A stretch of 64,000 bases of DNA, from NCBI RefSeq assembly GCF_006345805.1, contig NC_043005.1, positions 22,320,001-22,384,000 of the forward strand, read 5' to 3'. Both the position numbers and the translations under genes were made by a program. Shown here in pieces: positions 14,941-27,205 of the stretch. Origin of the DNA: Octopus sinensis (taxonomy: Eukaryota). The notes under the pieces were generated by a model. It saw only the letters and a program-made list of their open reading frames with translations. It searched no databases and had not been told where the DNA came from. Within the stretch, counting starts at the first letter, position 1, and every line of letters starts with the position of its first letter.

Positions 14941-16532
14941 CTTGCGGCTCGGTACCTGGAGAAGCAAGCCCATGCCATCCACCAGCACCCCCGTCGTAGG
15001 ACGCTGGACCGACGGTCCGGTCGAGTTGCTCGGGGTCTAGTTTGGTCCGGACCTCAAACGGAGGAGAACTGGAACAAGATAACGAGTATGGTGGTCACTC
15101 TCGCCCGGCAATGGGCCGAGAGGAAACTGTCCCTAAAAGGTCGGGCGGAGGTGGCGAACACGTACATTGCGTCCGTCATCTACTACCGCCTGACCATCGT
15201 GCCTTGACCTGACCCTACCATTACCAAACTAGAACGCATTCTCTTTCGCTTCTTGTGGAAAGGATGCGTCCCGATGGTCAGGTGGTCCATTTGCTGTCAA
15301 ATCCCGTTAAAAGGAGGACTGGGCATGCCGTGGATGATGATGCGCAGACTCGCGCTGAGACTGCGACATCTCAGGATGTACGTAGACGGTGGTGAACAGG
15401 TGTGGTCGCCGTTTGTGAGGCACGCTTTCCCACAGCTCGTCTCTATGACCGAACTGCAGTCGTGGATCAAAAAGAGGCCGAGGAAGGGCGATTGGCACCG
15501 CAAGTGTCGCGTTGCTCTCAAGCAACTATGCCGTCCCGGGTCGACCTTGAGCGACTTCAATACAACTAAAGCATTCTATAGGGGATTAGTGGAGGGGAGG
15601 AATGACGACGATCTCATGGCGAACCTGGGTGTCGACGAGGAATACCTGACCTGCATGTTCAAGACGATTTTCGGGCCGAGACCTATGGACAACTTCCAGC
15701 GATCCCTGGCCTGGCAGTGCTATTGAGAAGCGCTACCCGTTCGGTATAAGCTCTACAGACATGGCTCGAGAAACACAGGGCCGACCTGCCCGAGATGCGG
15801 TCAGAACGACGAAACCGTCCTGTCCGCACTAGTACAGTGTCCAACTATTTCCGACCTGTAGGCTTATGTCGAACGACTGCTGTCACGTGTGGGACGAGTC
15901 GGTTTATCAACCGAGTCTATCGTGAATATTGTCACACCTCCATTCTTCAAACGGGAAGGAAGAGCTATTTTCATCATTCTTGTGGCAATGGTGAAAGAAT
16001 GTATCTGGTAGACGCGTCTGAAAGGATTGGAGACAAACAATTTCCCCTCTGGTCAATCTCTCAACTTCTTCAAGTATCACTTGAAAAGGAAAGTGAGGGT
16101 AGAGAGGCAAATTTTGTCTCGTGAATGTTTAAAAAAAAGATGGGTGAAAGTAGCAAGGATGGTACGTATGAATGACGAAGCCACCTTGAGCATAATCCTA
16201 TGAACCCGGAAAAATTTAAAACATAGGGTTACCTACTTGCAGACACATGTGGTAACATGTAATATTATTGACCGAGGTTACGGTGGTCTTTTCCGTAGGC
16301 TTTTCTGCCCACAAATAAACCTTATCTGCTTCTCCCTTTACACTTTACATCATGGCATTTCTGTGATCCACGATCCCTATTGATCGTTTTTTCTTGTTTT
16401 CTTTTTTTTTCTTTCCCTTTTACGACCCTTTTTGATCTAAACCTGCCACACTTTTTTTTCTCCCCAATAAGAAAAGGTCTACTTTGCAATCTGTCCCGTC
16501 AGTGTGCAGCCCTGTGTGGCTAATACTGAAAC
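14941..16532 (+). mobile_element. Tx1/L1-clade LINE, heavily 5'-truncated; copy 3
   Basis: Homologous to the 3' parts of copies 1 and 2 (WKGCVPMVR, CPRC finger). Flanked by (TATC)n(TGTC)n on the left and (TATC)n on the right. Confidence 0.88.
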
Positions 16533-16561
16533 ATATCTATCTATCTATCTATCTATCTATC

Positions 16562-16661
<100 letters not shown>

Positions 16662-18212
16662 GTCTGTCTGTTTGTGTATGTGTGTGTGTGTCTGCATGTC
16701 TGTTTGTGTGTGTGTGTGTGTGTGTGTCTGTGTGTGTGTGTGTGTGTGTGTGTACGTCTGTGTGTCTGCTTACGTATCGAACTACATAACTGCTTGCCTG
16801 CCTACATGTTTACGGCTACTGTACGTTGGTAAAGTTTTTACAAATATGGCAGGGAAAAAAAAAAGAAGAGCAAATAAATAAATTAATCAAAATACACCCG
16901 TGATCATCCTTTCTCTTGACGTCTTTCTCTTGCGTGCCTACATATCTATGGCTATAGTAAGTTGGTAAAGTTTGTACAATACGGCTGTGAAAAAATGAAT
17001 AAGTAAATACTTAAATAAGTTAATTAATTAACTAAAATGTACCCGTACTCACTCTATCTCTTGACGTTTAATGTTGACCATATGTTATAAATAAATGAAT
17101 ATAAGTTACGAGTGAGCAGAGGACAATTTATTGCATGAATGCACATGTATTAAGTGATGGACAACATTTAAAAAAAAGTACCCTTTCGCTGACCAATCAC
17201 TACCAATGCATCCTTAAGCCAATACAACCACCGTCCGTCCGTCTGCTCATCCTCCCTTTCCTCCATCAATCAGCTACTGCCTTCTTGACTAAAGGTTTTT
17301 AAAAAATCCACAAGAAATGCAGTGTGGTGTATAGTGAACTAACAAAGTGAGGTCATCATATGAAGGTGATAGTTACACAGAAACAGTTGTAAGTCGAAGC
17401 ATCAATGAAATGAAGTACATGTACTGCTTTAAGTATTCACCGAACATAATGGTTTTACGTAGCTGTAGAGAATACATAAAATTTGGTGTAATGAAGGAGA
17501 GTCGTGTCTGGTAGCAATTGACGCTTGTATGTGGGCGACTGCTATATTAGGAAGAGCATCCACATAATCCTCTAATTACAGATGAAATCTTAAAGAAACA
17601 CATCTCATATAATCCAAGACACGCCATTTGATAAACACGATCATAAGGCTGATTTTTCAGGGTTGACAGTGGTTAGAAAATGGCAACTGTTTCTTTCTCA
17701 ACAGAAAAGACAGGTCTATCATGAAACATTTTCAAAAATATGGTAGGAAACAGGAGTGATGAATGACAAGTGGTAAGAGAGGAATGCGTTGGATAGGATC
17801 ATATTACATAACTCAACTGAGTGAGTGACAGAACATGAAAGATATTAATTGAAGTGGTTAGTAGAGACAATACTGTTGTACAGACATATATGTGATATAA
17901 TCAAAGATGGTGTTGATTAAAATATGTTGCATGCTGAAGGTGGGAAGTATGTAAGGCAGAGGAATATGAAGAAAAGCGTTGCAGTTGTTTCGCATGAAGT
18001 CGGCCCAGATCGAAGAATGAGTTTTCATATTGAAAGCATTCTATCCACGGCAATCACTATTGTTGTCAGGTATAGAATACTTTGGTGAAAATCTCCGAGC
18101 AAATTAATAACGTCTTTATTTAGAGTATAATTTATGGGAGATTTAACTGCTATTTCTAGCATGTCGTGCGACAACACTTTTTCAAAGAAGATCTAAGGAT
18201 GTTGACTGTAGT

Positions 18213-18605
18213 TTTGTCCGTCAATGCGATGAAGACCATCTAGTCATCCTTGGGTGGGGGTGGGATTGTTTAGTGAGGCCAATCTGCGCCCGAAAGAGTC
18301 TTTGACAGTGTGGACAGGGAATGGTAGCGCCTGCTACCGGGTTGTTAGCTCTGTTCTTCCTGGCTTGTCTGCGGTATTCTGCAGCAGCGATCCTATTGGT
18401 CTCGCATGTGTTGACACCCTTGTGGACAGCTGATCGCCACCCTTCTCTGTCTAGAGCAGACTGCTCCCAAGTGTCATGGTCGATGTTGAAGGCTTTCAGT
18501 GAGGCTTTCAGTGTGTTCTTAAAGCACTTCTTCTGGCTGCCTTGTGAGCGCTTTCCCTTTTGCAGCTCGCTAAAGAGCAATCATTTTGGTAATCGATCGT
18601 CTGAC
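18213..18605 (-). mobile_element. RTE-clade LINE 3' fragment
   Basis: ORF 18221-18580 (LFSELQKGKRSQGSQKK..TLKASLKAFNID...W...CPHC..F..IGL) is a typical RTE C-terminus. Candidate 9-bp target-site duplication ATGTTGACT at 18199-18207 and 18606-18614. Confidence 0.85.
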
Positions 18606-19476
18606 ATGTTGACTACTATGAAGATGGCGATGTAAGCTTTCAGGATGCTGGTCATCATAATAGAAATGACAAAGGAGAAGAAAAGAATAGTAATATGATA
18701 AACAATCCAATCTAAAATGAGATGGTTCTGATGTAAGGGAAATTATTTCAGAGGCACGGGAGGTAAATCTGTTTAATCGTAATATTTTTCGAAGCATATT
18801 TCAAGCTTAGTGCATTGAGACTAGACATTGAAAATCTTCTTGAAGAGATTTACAAAATTAATGTATCAGACGGAATTTAGCTGTAAATGAAATCCAGTCA
18901 TATAACTTATGAAACGACATAAAACAATTTGTTCCCTAATAGCTATTTCATATATAAAACCATGCAAGCTATTTTAGCTGTTATATTTAGATATGGACCA
19001 AAGTCGAATATTCCAGACAAAGTCTCTCCACAATTGTGTGTTTGTTTTTCAGCTGCTAATTTGAAGAGAGGGTGCAAGTTTTTCTGTAATTCTCTGTATA
19101 TTAAAGCTTGTGTTCCTGTCCATTGTCAAAAGAGATGAACATCTTCACAGCCATAATATCCTCCTACCAATACACCAGTTTAGCTATTACTGCGTTGCAA
19201 ATTTTAAATATCTCTCTAGTGTATTTGTCTGACAAAGCAATTCATATGAAATCATATTGAATTAAAACCAAAAGAAGAATTTAAAATAATTAAGAAGTAA
19301 ATGTATCATGGTGGAAGTCTGTTTGCTATTTTGTAAACTGTTAAATAGTTAACACAAATGTATCATATATTTTCTATAAATTATGCAACTGCAGATTGCG
19401 AAGGAAAAAAAACAATGATGCAATGCTCATCTTGCTTTATTATGTAAACATACATACATATATACATATATATACG

Positions 19477-19537
<61 letters not shown>

Positions 19538-19686
19538 GTGAATGAATTATCCTATGTTTATCGTCAGCATGGAAAATTTGTTAACCGAAACCTGGGTAGC
19601 AAATTCACGTCAGAAACACGGTTGAAGCGACCTGTCCAAGGGTAGAAACTCGGGTTCATGTGCAGAAATTTGTGTGTTGTATATGA

Positions 19687-20041
19687 ATAAATGAAAGAAT
19701 GGAGTCGAACGAAGATCTTAGCAAAATTCAACGTACCCTTCCCTCTCCACTTGTTCCCTACCTATTATTCCTTTAACCCTTCTCTTCCTACTATCTATCT
19801 TTGACGTCAATTCTTCTAACGTTTTTTTTTTAAAAAACACTCATTATCCTTTTGTTTACCATGTAGGCAGTCATCGAAATTTTTGTTTGTCTTGTTGTCG
19901 AGAAGAGGCCCCCTTTCTTTCCCCTATGAGAAGATTGCATAATGCACCCTTTATTCCTTCGGAATGAAAACATGTTGTCTTCGAAACATATGTCGAGAGT
20001 AAAGGAATTTTGTTAACATCTTCGTTCGACTCCATTCTTTC

Positions 20042-20047
<6 letters not shown>
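19687..20047. repeat. (TA)n-associated fold-back element with a 30-bp perfect inverted repeat
   Basis: 19687-19716 is the exact reverse complement of 20018-20047, extendable to about 43 bp with 2 mismatches. Confidence 0.8.
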
Positions 20048-20124
<77 letters not shown>

Positions 20125-20200
20125 TAATATAGGATAAAATTTTTCCCAAAAAATTTTTATCAATGGCCAGCATATTAAAAAATATCTTTAAAGGTTAAAT

Positions 20201-20619
20201 TTATAAACAAGGGCAAAAGAAAAAAATTTCTAATCCCAAATATGCCGAAACTAGACACATCGTCCATAACCATATAATTCATCACTATAAGCACGCGTCT
20301 CGAAGAAAGCCGACAGAAATTTCTAAAAAATTCCGTTATTACCACATCGGACCCAATATGGTAATAACGGAATTATACCCATGGGTATAAGTAAGTATTT
20401 CATTTATTCCTTTGCCGCATTTATCACTGACGAAGAGAAGGTTCTTATGAACTAACTCTGAAATCGAGTCCGATATGGTAATAACGGAATTTTTTAGAAA
20501 TTCCTGTCGGCTTTCTTCGAGACGCACTCTGATAGTGATGAATTATATGGTTATGGACGATGTGTCTAATTTCGGCATATTTGGCATTAGAAATTTCTTT
20601 CTTTTGCCCTTGTTTATAA
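20201..20619. repeat. Fold-back element with ~152-bp imperfect inverted arms
   Basis: 20201-20352 and 20468-20619 are reverse complements. The spacer contains the perfect palindrome TTATACCCATGGGTATAA (20373-20390). Confidence 0.82.
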
Positions 20620-20777
20620 GTTGTATATATATATATGTACTTTTGCTCTTAAGCAAGGCACATAACTCTACATGTATCAATTTATCTGACTAACAAAACA
20701 ACAACGATCGAAAATAGATGTAAAATGGTTTAATCATTTAAAATCCATTGAAAATTAGAAACAAAGAATGTGATGAT

Positions 20778-20912
<135 letters not shown>

Positions 20913-22203
20913 TCATACATTTTTGACTTAGATTAACATTTTCTTATCAACGTAATAAATTAATAGTGTCCTAGTTGTGACATAGAATTCTGACAAGCCA
21001 TAGTAGCAAATCATGATAACGGCTTAGAATTCTAACTGGTCATACTAACGTGTCATTATAAGGTATAGTGGTTATAGTGTTCTGACGGGTCATAGTAACA
21101 TGTCAGTGTTGTTGTTGTTCTTTGTTCCTTCTCGAGCCATGCCCGGCTCATAGGATATCAGAAGTAATACTGCACTGGGATATATATCTAACATAAAGAC
21201 CAGATCTACTTCTACCTGCATTGTTTTTATTGTCTCAATATTTCAGTCAACTGATCTACCAGTACGGCATATACATTTTCCCATTATTAATTTGTCCATT
21301 ATTCAAACTTCAGCCGATAAAAGATTAATTGCTATGGTGAAAGCAAAGGCCAGCCATTTTGAATAGTAAATATATATAAAATATTGTCGATAAATATAGC
21401 ACTCAGCCTGTTAGCATTCATCAACCAAAACATTAAACAATAATGGGTAAATATATATGCTACACTCGGTAATTGGAGTTAACGCTCTTGTTTGTTTTTA
21501 GATTTTAGACACAACTAGAGCGAAATTTTATCTACTAATAGCTTTGACAATCCCAGTTGATCAAAGTATTTTTTCAACTCACTATATTACATACGTCAGA
21601 TCCTAACGTATGTAACTTAGAGTATGTTATTTTACTCTTTGATCATCAAATTCTAAACACCACCGAGGTTAACTTCTTTCCTCTGATTATGGTATAAGTC
21701 TCAGTATTTTTGTAGCTAGAGAAATTATATTGGGACAGTCATGCTTTTATTAAGGGTTTTATAACAGTGCAATAAATGAGCTAAAAGCGGCTCTTTCTGG
21801 AATCGAAACTGCTTCATACACTCATCTATACAGTGTTTACTTCCTTCAAGACTACATTCATCATAAGATCAAAATTACATAAAATTTCTGTGCTTATGTC
21901 GTAAAACAAACAATGTATTAGTTTTCATTTTCTATAACAATTCCATTTATATTTAGGTCTATAAATGACACCAATACTTAACTAGCACCATATTCCATCG
22001 ACCACGGAAGATGAAAGCAAGGTTAATCCCAGCATGATAAGAACTCAGTTCATAGGGGGCCTTAATTAAATATCGCAAAACATTTTATCTGTCTCTAACA
22101 ATTTTACTAGTCTACCGCATATGCGTCTGTGTGAATACATATGGATACAGACACTCAAATGGAGATGGGGAGAGGTAAAATAGAGAAGCAGGTTGTGATT
22201 TAC

Positions 22204-22469
22204 CTGTTTTTCACCAACCAGTAGTCCTGTCCATTTTCTGTTCCGTATCCAACCACCAAGATCCCATGGTTCAATTTGTGGTTACAATCATCACTTACGT
22301 AAACGCCATGACTGTAGAATTGGAATGTAGTGGGACTTGCATCGATGGCAGCAGAGACCGGACCCACGTTGGCCACTGCTATTTGTAGTGCATGTTCTGA
22401 CTTTAACACATCAACATAATTAGTATCAAAAGCGACTACTTTGCTCCTGTTATAACAACACATCTGTTG
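22204..22469 (-). CDS. CTSL: Cathepsin L-like gene A, exon with catalytic His and Asn (VGPVSAAIDA...LNHGILVVGYG...YWLVKN)
   Basis: 266 bp, ag|CAA to AG|gtaaat, phase 0 to phase 2; matches ORF 22200-22463. Confidence 0.95.
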
Positions 22470-22601
22470 CTATATATAATTAAAAAAATAGCGATATAGA
22501 AGTTAGATTAAACTGGTAAAACCAGTAAGCAAAGATTGTTTTTTAAATGTCAAAAAATTCTCGATGTCAGCAACAATTATAGAGCAAACACACACATAAA
22601 T

Positions 22602-22680
<79 letters not shown>

Positions 22681-23172
22681 TTCTAAAGTGTCTATGCTGT
22701 CATCAATGGATAAATAGTAACATGTATAACAAACAAATGGATTCAATAATGATAGTAAAGTAAATATTCGTCATTGAGTGCTGGAAGGATACTGTGTGGC
22801 GAAAGCATGTATCGCTGTAGAATCGCAAAGTACTCTCTTAATCGAGTTTATATGGCGTCATTGCATTTCATAGTGCTTGATATGAACAATCTTACATATG
22901 ATAAAGCGCAATGTTTCACGTCAGTCACTCTGGTAGAGAGAAACTAAAACAACAAACGGAGTAGGAGCGAATGATAGTCGGAGATGCTAAATGCAGGCGA
23001 ACTGTAGAGAGACGTTTTGCTCTGAAGTCGCTGATATTTTAATCAAAATAAAATTGCAAATTTTTATCGTGAATTATATTTATTTTATCAATTTCAGATA
23101 CACACACAAATATGAAATTAGTTATTAAACGCTTTTGCTTTCAAAATATTATCATTAACGCAACATTTATAA

Positions 23173-23239
<67 letters not shown>

Positions 23240-23245
23240 TTAGAG

Positions 23246-24167
23246 ATAAAACCACTATTAGGCAAATCAAACAGTGAAAAACATAAACCAAAACATAGAT
23301 ATAAAATTAATTAATATAATATACAAAATATATAAAATATAAAATTCAAAATTTAAATTATTTAAATTTAAAGTTAAAATTTAATAAATTTTTAAAATTA
23401 TTAAATTATACTTATAAATTTATATATATATATATATATATTTTTTTTATTATCTTTATTGTTTAATTATATATTTATTTAATTTTTTAAAAATATATAT
23501 AACTATCAAAAATTATTAAAATGTTTAATATAAGATAAAAAGTAAAACCACTACGATCGTTTCATGCCCATAACCTAATTCGAATAGCAATAATTTAACT
23601 TCAATTAATAATTCGAATTACGGTTATAGTCAATCTTCATGTTAATGATAATATTTAAATAAACAATCAAATATATTTTAAAAATATTTTTTTAAGAAAT
23701 AAATAAAATAATAATTTTTCTTATAAAATACTCTATTAGCAAACTAGAAACTTTAACGATTATGATTATGTCATACAATCGATTATAATGTTAAATATTA
23801 ATTTTTAAGTATTAATTTTTAAGGTAAGAATAGATAGAAAATGTAGTTATCTATTTTAAGGTAAGAATAGATAGAAAATGTATTTATCTATTCAGATATA
23901 ATATGGCTTTAAAAAAAACATAATAAACCTACAAATAATCTAACCTCAATTATATACAATATCTAATTACCTAAACATTTAACAAAAAAAATTACTATTC
24001 ATATTATTAAATTTAATTTCAAGTCAAATAATTATATAATATTTGAATAATATTTGAAGTTTTTAAATTTAAATATTTTAATAAGTATTATTGTATAATT
24101 TTGTATTTTATATAAATACTTGTTGTTATGTAATGATTTAGTTTGATTTGCCTAATAGTGGTTTTAT
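23246..24167. repeat. Extremely AT-rich fold-back element with a 27-bp perfect terminal inverted repeat next to (TA)n
   Basis: ATAAAACCACTATTAGGCAAATCAAAC (23246-23272) is the reverse complement of 24141-24167. A diverged relative begins near 34270. Confidence 0.75.
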
Positions 24168-24244
24168 ATATTAATATATATTTATACTGTAAAATTAGAT
24201 TTAATCCTAAATCTAATTTTTCCCTGTAAGTTTGGATTTCCTCA

Positions 24245-24283
<39 letters not shown>

Positions 24284-24338
24284 ATATATATACATATATA
24301 TATATGTATATATATATATATATGTATATATATATGTG

Positions 24339-24369
<31 letters not shown>

Positions 24370-24454
24370 GTATATATACGTATATCTATATCTATATATA
24401 TCTATATCTATATCTATATCTATCTATCTATCTATATATATATATATATATATA

Positions 24455-24829
24455 CTAGCAGTATCGCCCGGCGTTGCTCAGGTTTGTAAGGGAAATAACT
24501 ATAAAGCATTTTTAGAGAGTTATAGCCAAAAATAGCAAAAAAATAGAAAAAAAATGATGGTAAATTTTTTTTTGAGAGTAAAAAAAGGTTGAGTTGCGTC
24601 CCTAGACAGTCTGTGGTTTATTTTTTTTGATTCTCGACCCCATGTCGATTTATCGATTTTTTTCAGAACTGGGGGAACTTTTCAAAATTTTCGCTGCGTT
24701 AGTTTTGAATTATGACATTGGGCTATGTGTGTGTCAAGTTTCATCAGAATCGGTTGAAAGCCGTGGTCAGAGTGAGGGTACGAGAAAACAGACACACAGA
24801 AACACGCACAGACAAACTGCCGTTTATAT

Positions 24830-24834
<5 letters not shown>
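24455..24834 (-). mobile_element. Non-autonomous Helitron (380 bp)
   Basis: On the minus strand it starts with TC, ends with hairpin CGCC-G-GGCG plus ATACTG-CTAG, sits between A and T of a (TA)n tract and has no target-site duplication. Confidence 0.75.
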
Positions 24835-24913
<79 letters not shown>

Positions 24914-25667
24914 CATATATATATGTATATATAATATATATACACACAAACAAGGTGCATATGATATTTCAGGGCAGATTTATGTATAAAAAAAACAGAT
25001 ATATAACAGATAATACCCTAACTTTAACCCTAATCCTAAACCTCATTCTGTCTCTCTTTCTCTCTTACTCCCTTCTCCCCCCCCCGAAAATACTCCTCTT
25101 CTAACAAAACAACATCCTCTTTTCGATTTATATAAAAGACGGAAGAAATTTTCCCTGCATTAACTTAAAGAGTTCGATTGAAGGAACGAAAGCGCTAATA
25201 TAGAATTATCCAATATTCTGTTTGTCTCCCACCACTGCTTGACAACTGGTGTTAATTTGCTGACGTCCCCGTAATTTAGCGATAGAATAAGTAGTAGGTT
25301 TAAAGAATTAGTACTGGGATTGACTCATTTCACTAAAACCCATCAAGCCAGTGCCCTACCATTGACGCAGTCGCGAAGAATATGTTAGAAAGTGCAACTC
25401 ATGTGGCTAAACTACAGCATATTTTCCAAAATATTGAATAGTATACCTATAAATAGTATATCATAGCAACAAATAGTATAATAGGTGTTGGACCTAAGCA
25501 CAGTATATTATAAACAAATATTTAGAAATTGAGTGTGTATATATTACATACATGCCATATATACCTGTGTGTGTAACTACTTAACTGCATGGATATACTT
25601 GTGCCTGCTATATTTAATATTTCCGGATAGATAGAGGAATAACGGACATGGGTATATATCAACTCAC

Positions 25668-25765
25668 CATTGCGCGATATGGGTAGGATATTTCTGATTC
25701 TATACCAAATATTCGGATATATCTGAATGCTTGGTCCATAAGTCCTCCGTGGCAGCCATTGTTTC
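25668..25765 (-). CDS. CTSL: Cathepsin L-like gene A exon ([33 protein letters not shown])
   Basis: 98 bp, cag|GA to ATG|gtgagt, phase 1 to phase 0; GCxGG and SYPY motifs. Not present in the ORF track. Confidence 0.93.
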
Positions 25766-25819
25766 CTGAAATGTTTGACAGGCAATTTTCTATATATTAA
25801 TTCTAAACTTTACAACGCG

Positions 25820-25880
<61 letters not shown>

Positions 25881-26311
25881 TGCGGGGTTATATAAAATAA
25901 GTGTGGGATTCGGAAGTCATTGTTCCAAACTAATCATGTAAGAACAGAAAAGGGAAAGAATGAAACACTTTATAATGCTTCTGCTTGACGTTGCGTTACT
26001 TAGACTGTCAGTAACTCTTTCACGTGATTAGAGAAAAAGAAAGAGAAAAGGAGAGAGAAATAGAGGGAGAGACATGCACCCGTGACGTGAGGCAGAGGAA
26101 ATGTAATTGTAACGCTTTGAGGAGAAAGAAAATGGAGAGAGAAAATGAGGCGAAGAGTGAGACAGAAAGAGGGAGAGAGAAGCATTCATGACGTGAGGTA
26201 GGGGGAACGAAATGTTTATTACGTGATTAAAGAAGTTAGTTGGAGGTAGAGGAGAGTTAAAAATGTAATTTTAGCAGAGGGGTGAAGGTGAAGTTAAAGA
26301 AAGGCAGAGAT

Positions 26312-26368
<57 letters not shown>

Positions 26369-26663
26369 ATGGTGGCGGAGATAAAGGTTTTCGTAGTAAT
26401 TGGATAGTAAAAAGTGTATTGTTTTAATTGAACTAAGTTTTTTTATATCACCTATTACTTAATGCATGCGCATAAGTGCAATTCCGCGAAATATTCACGC
26501 TTATTTACATGCCAGACATATGCAATTTAAATAAAGGTTGTATCATATGTACGAGATATATATTTTCATATTTGTTCATGGAAAAAATGGAAAATTAAGA
26601 GTGGATATATATTTTATGAGTACTGAGTATTAGGTCTAGAAAATTGTGCATAAAGCATATAAA

Positions 26664-26718
<55 letters not shown>

Positions 26719-26977
26719 ACATTAAGTTATCACTTAATTTTCTTTCACTTTTCAATGAGTAGCAGATAAGCGACTATCTTTCCACACTGACATAATACAA
26801 GCTACGCTTTCAGATTTTTGGGATGAAGTTTTCAGAAATAACCTAATAGGTTTACCATTAATTCAGTGAGATATTCACGGGTCCCGCTAGTATTTGTATA
26901 AAGATGATACTCAAATATAGCTGTGTATTCTATATAAGATGTTTGAAAGAAAAGTTTTCCCATATATATATATATAT

Positions 26978-27009
<32 letters not shown>

Positions 27010-27205
27010 ATATATAATACTAAGCAATAAGGGTTTAGCAACGAGTTGCCTTACCACATACCGAATTTAGAAATAGCAGTCAAAGGGTTATAGCTATTTC
27101 TTCTACAAAAAAGGGAGATCTCAGTAAAAACAGCATTTGGAAGGCAGACACAAACAGGTAAGAGAGAATGAATTGACTGCAATCTATCATACATTTTTTT
27201 AGTTA

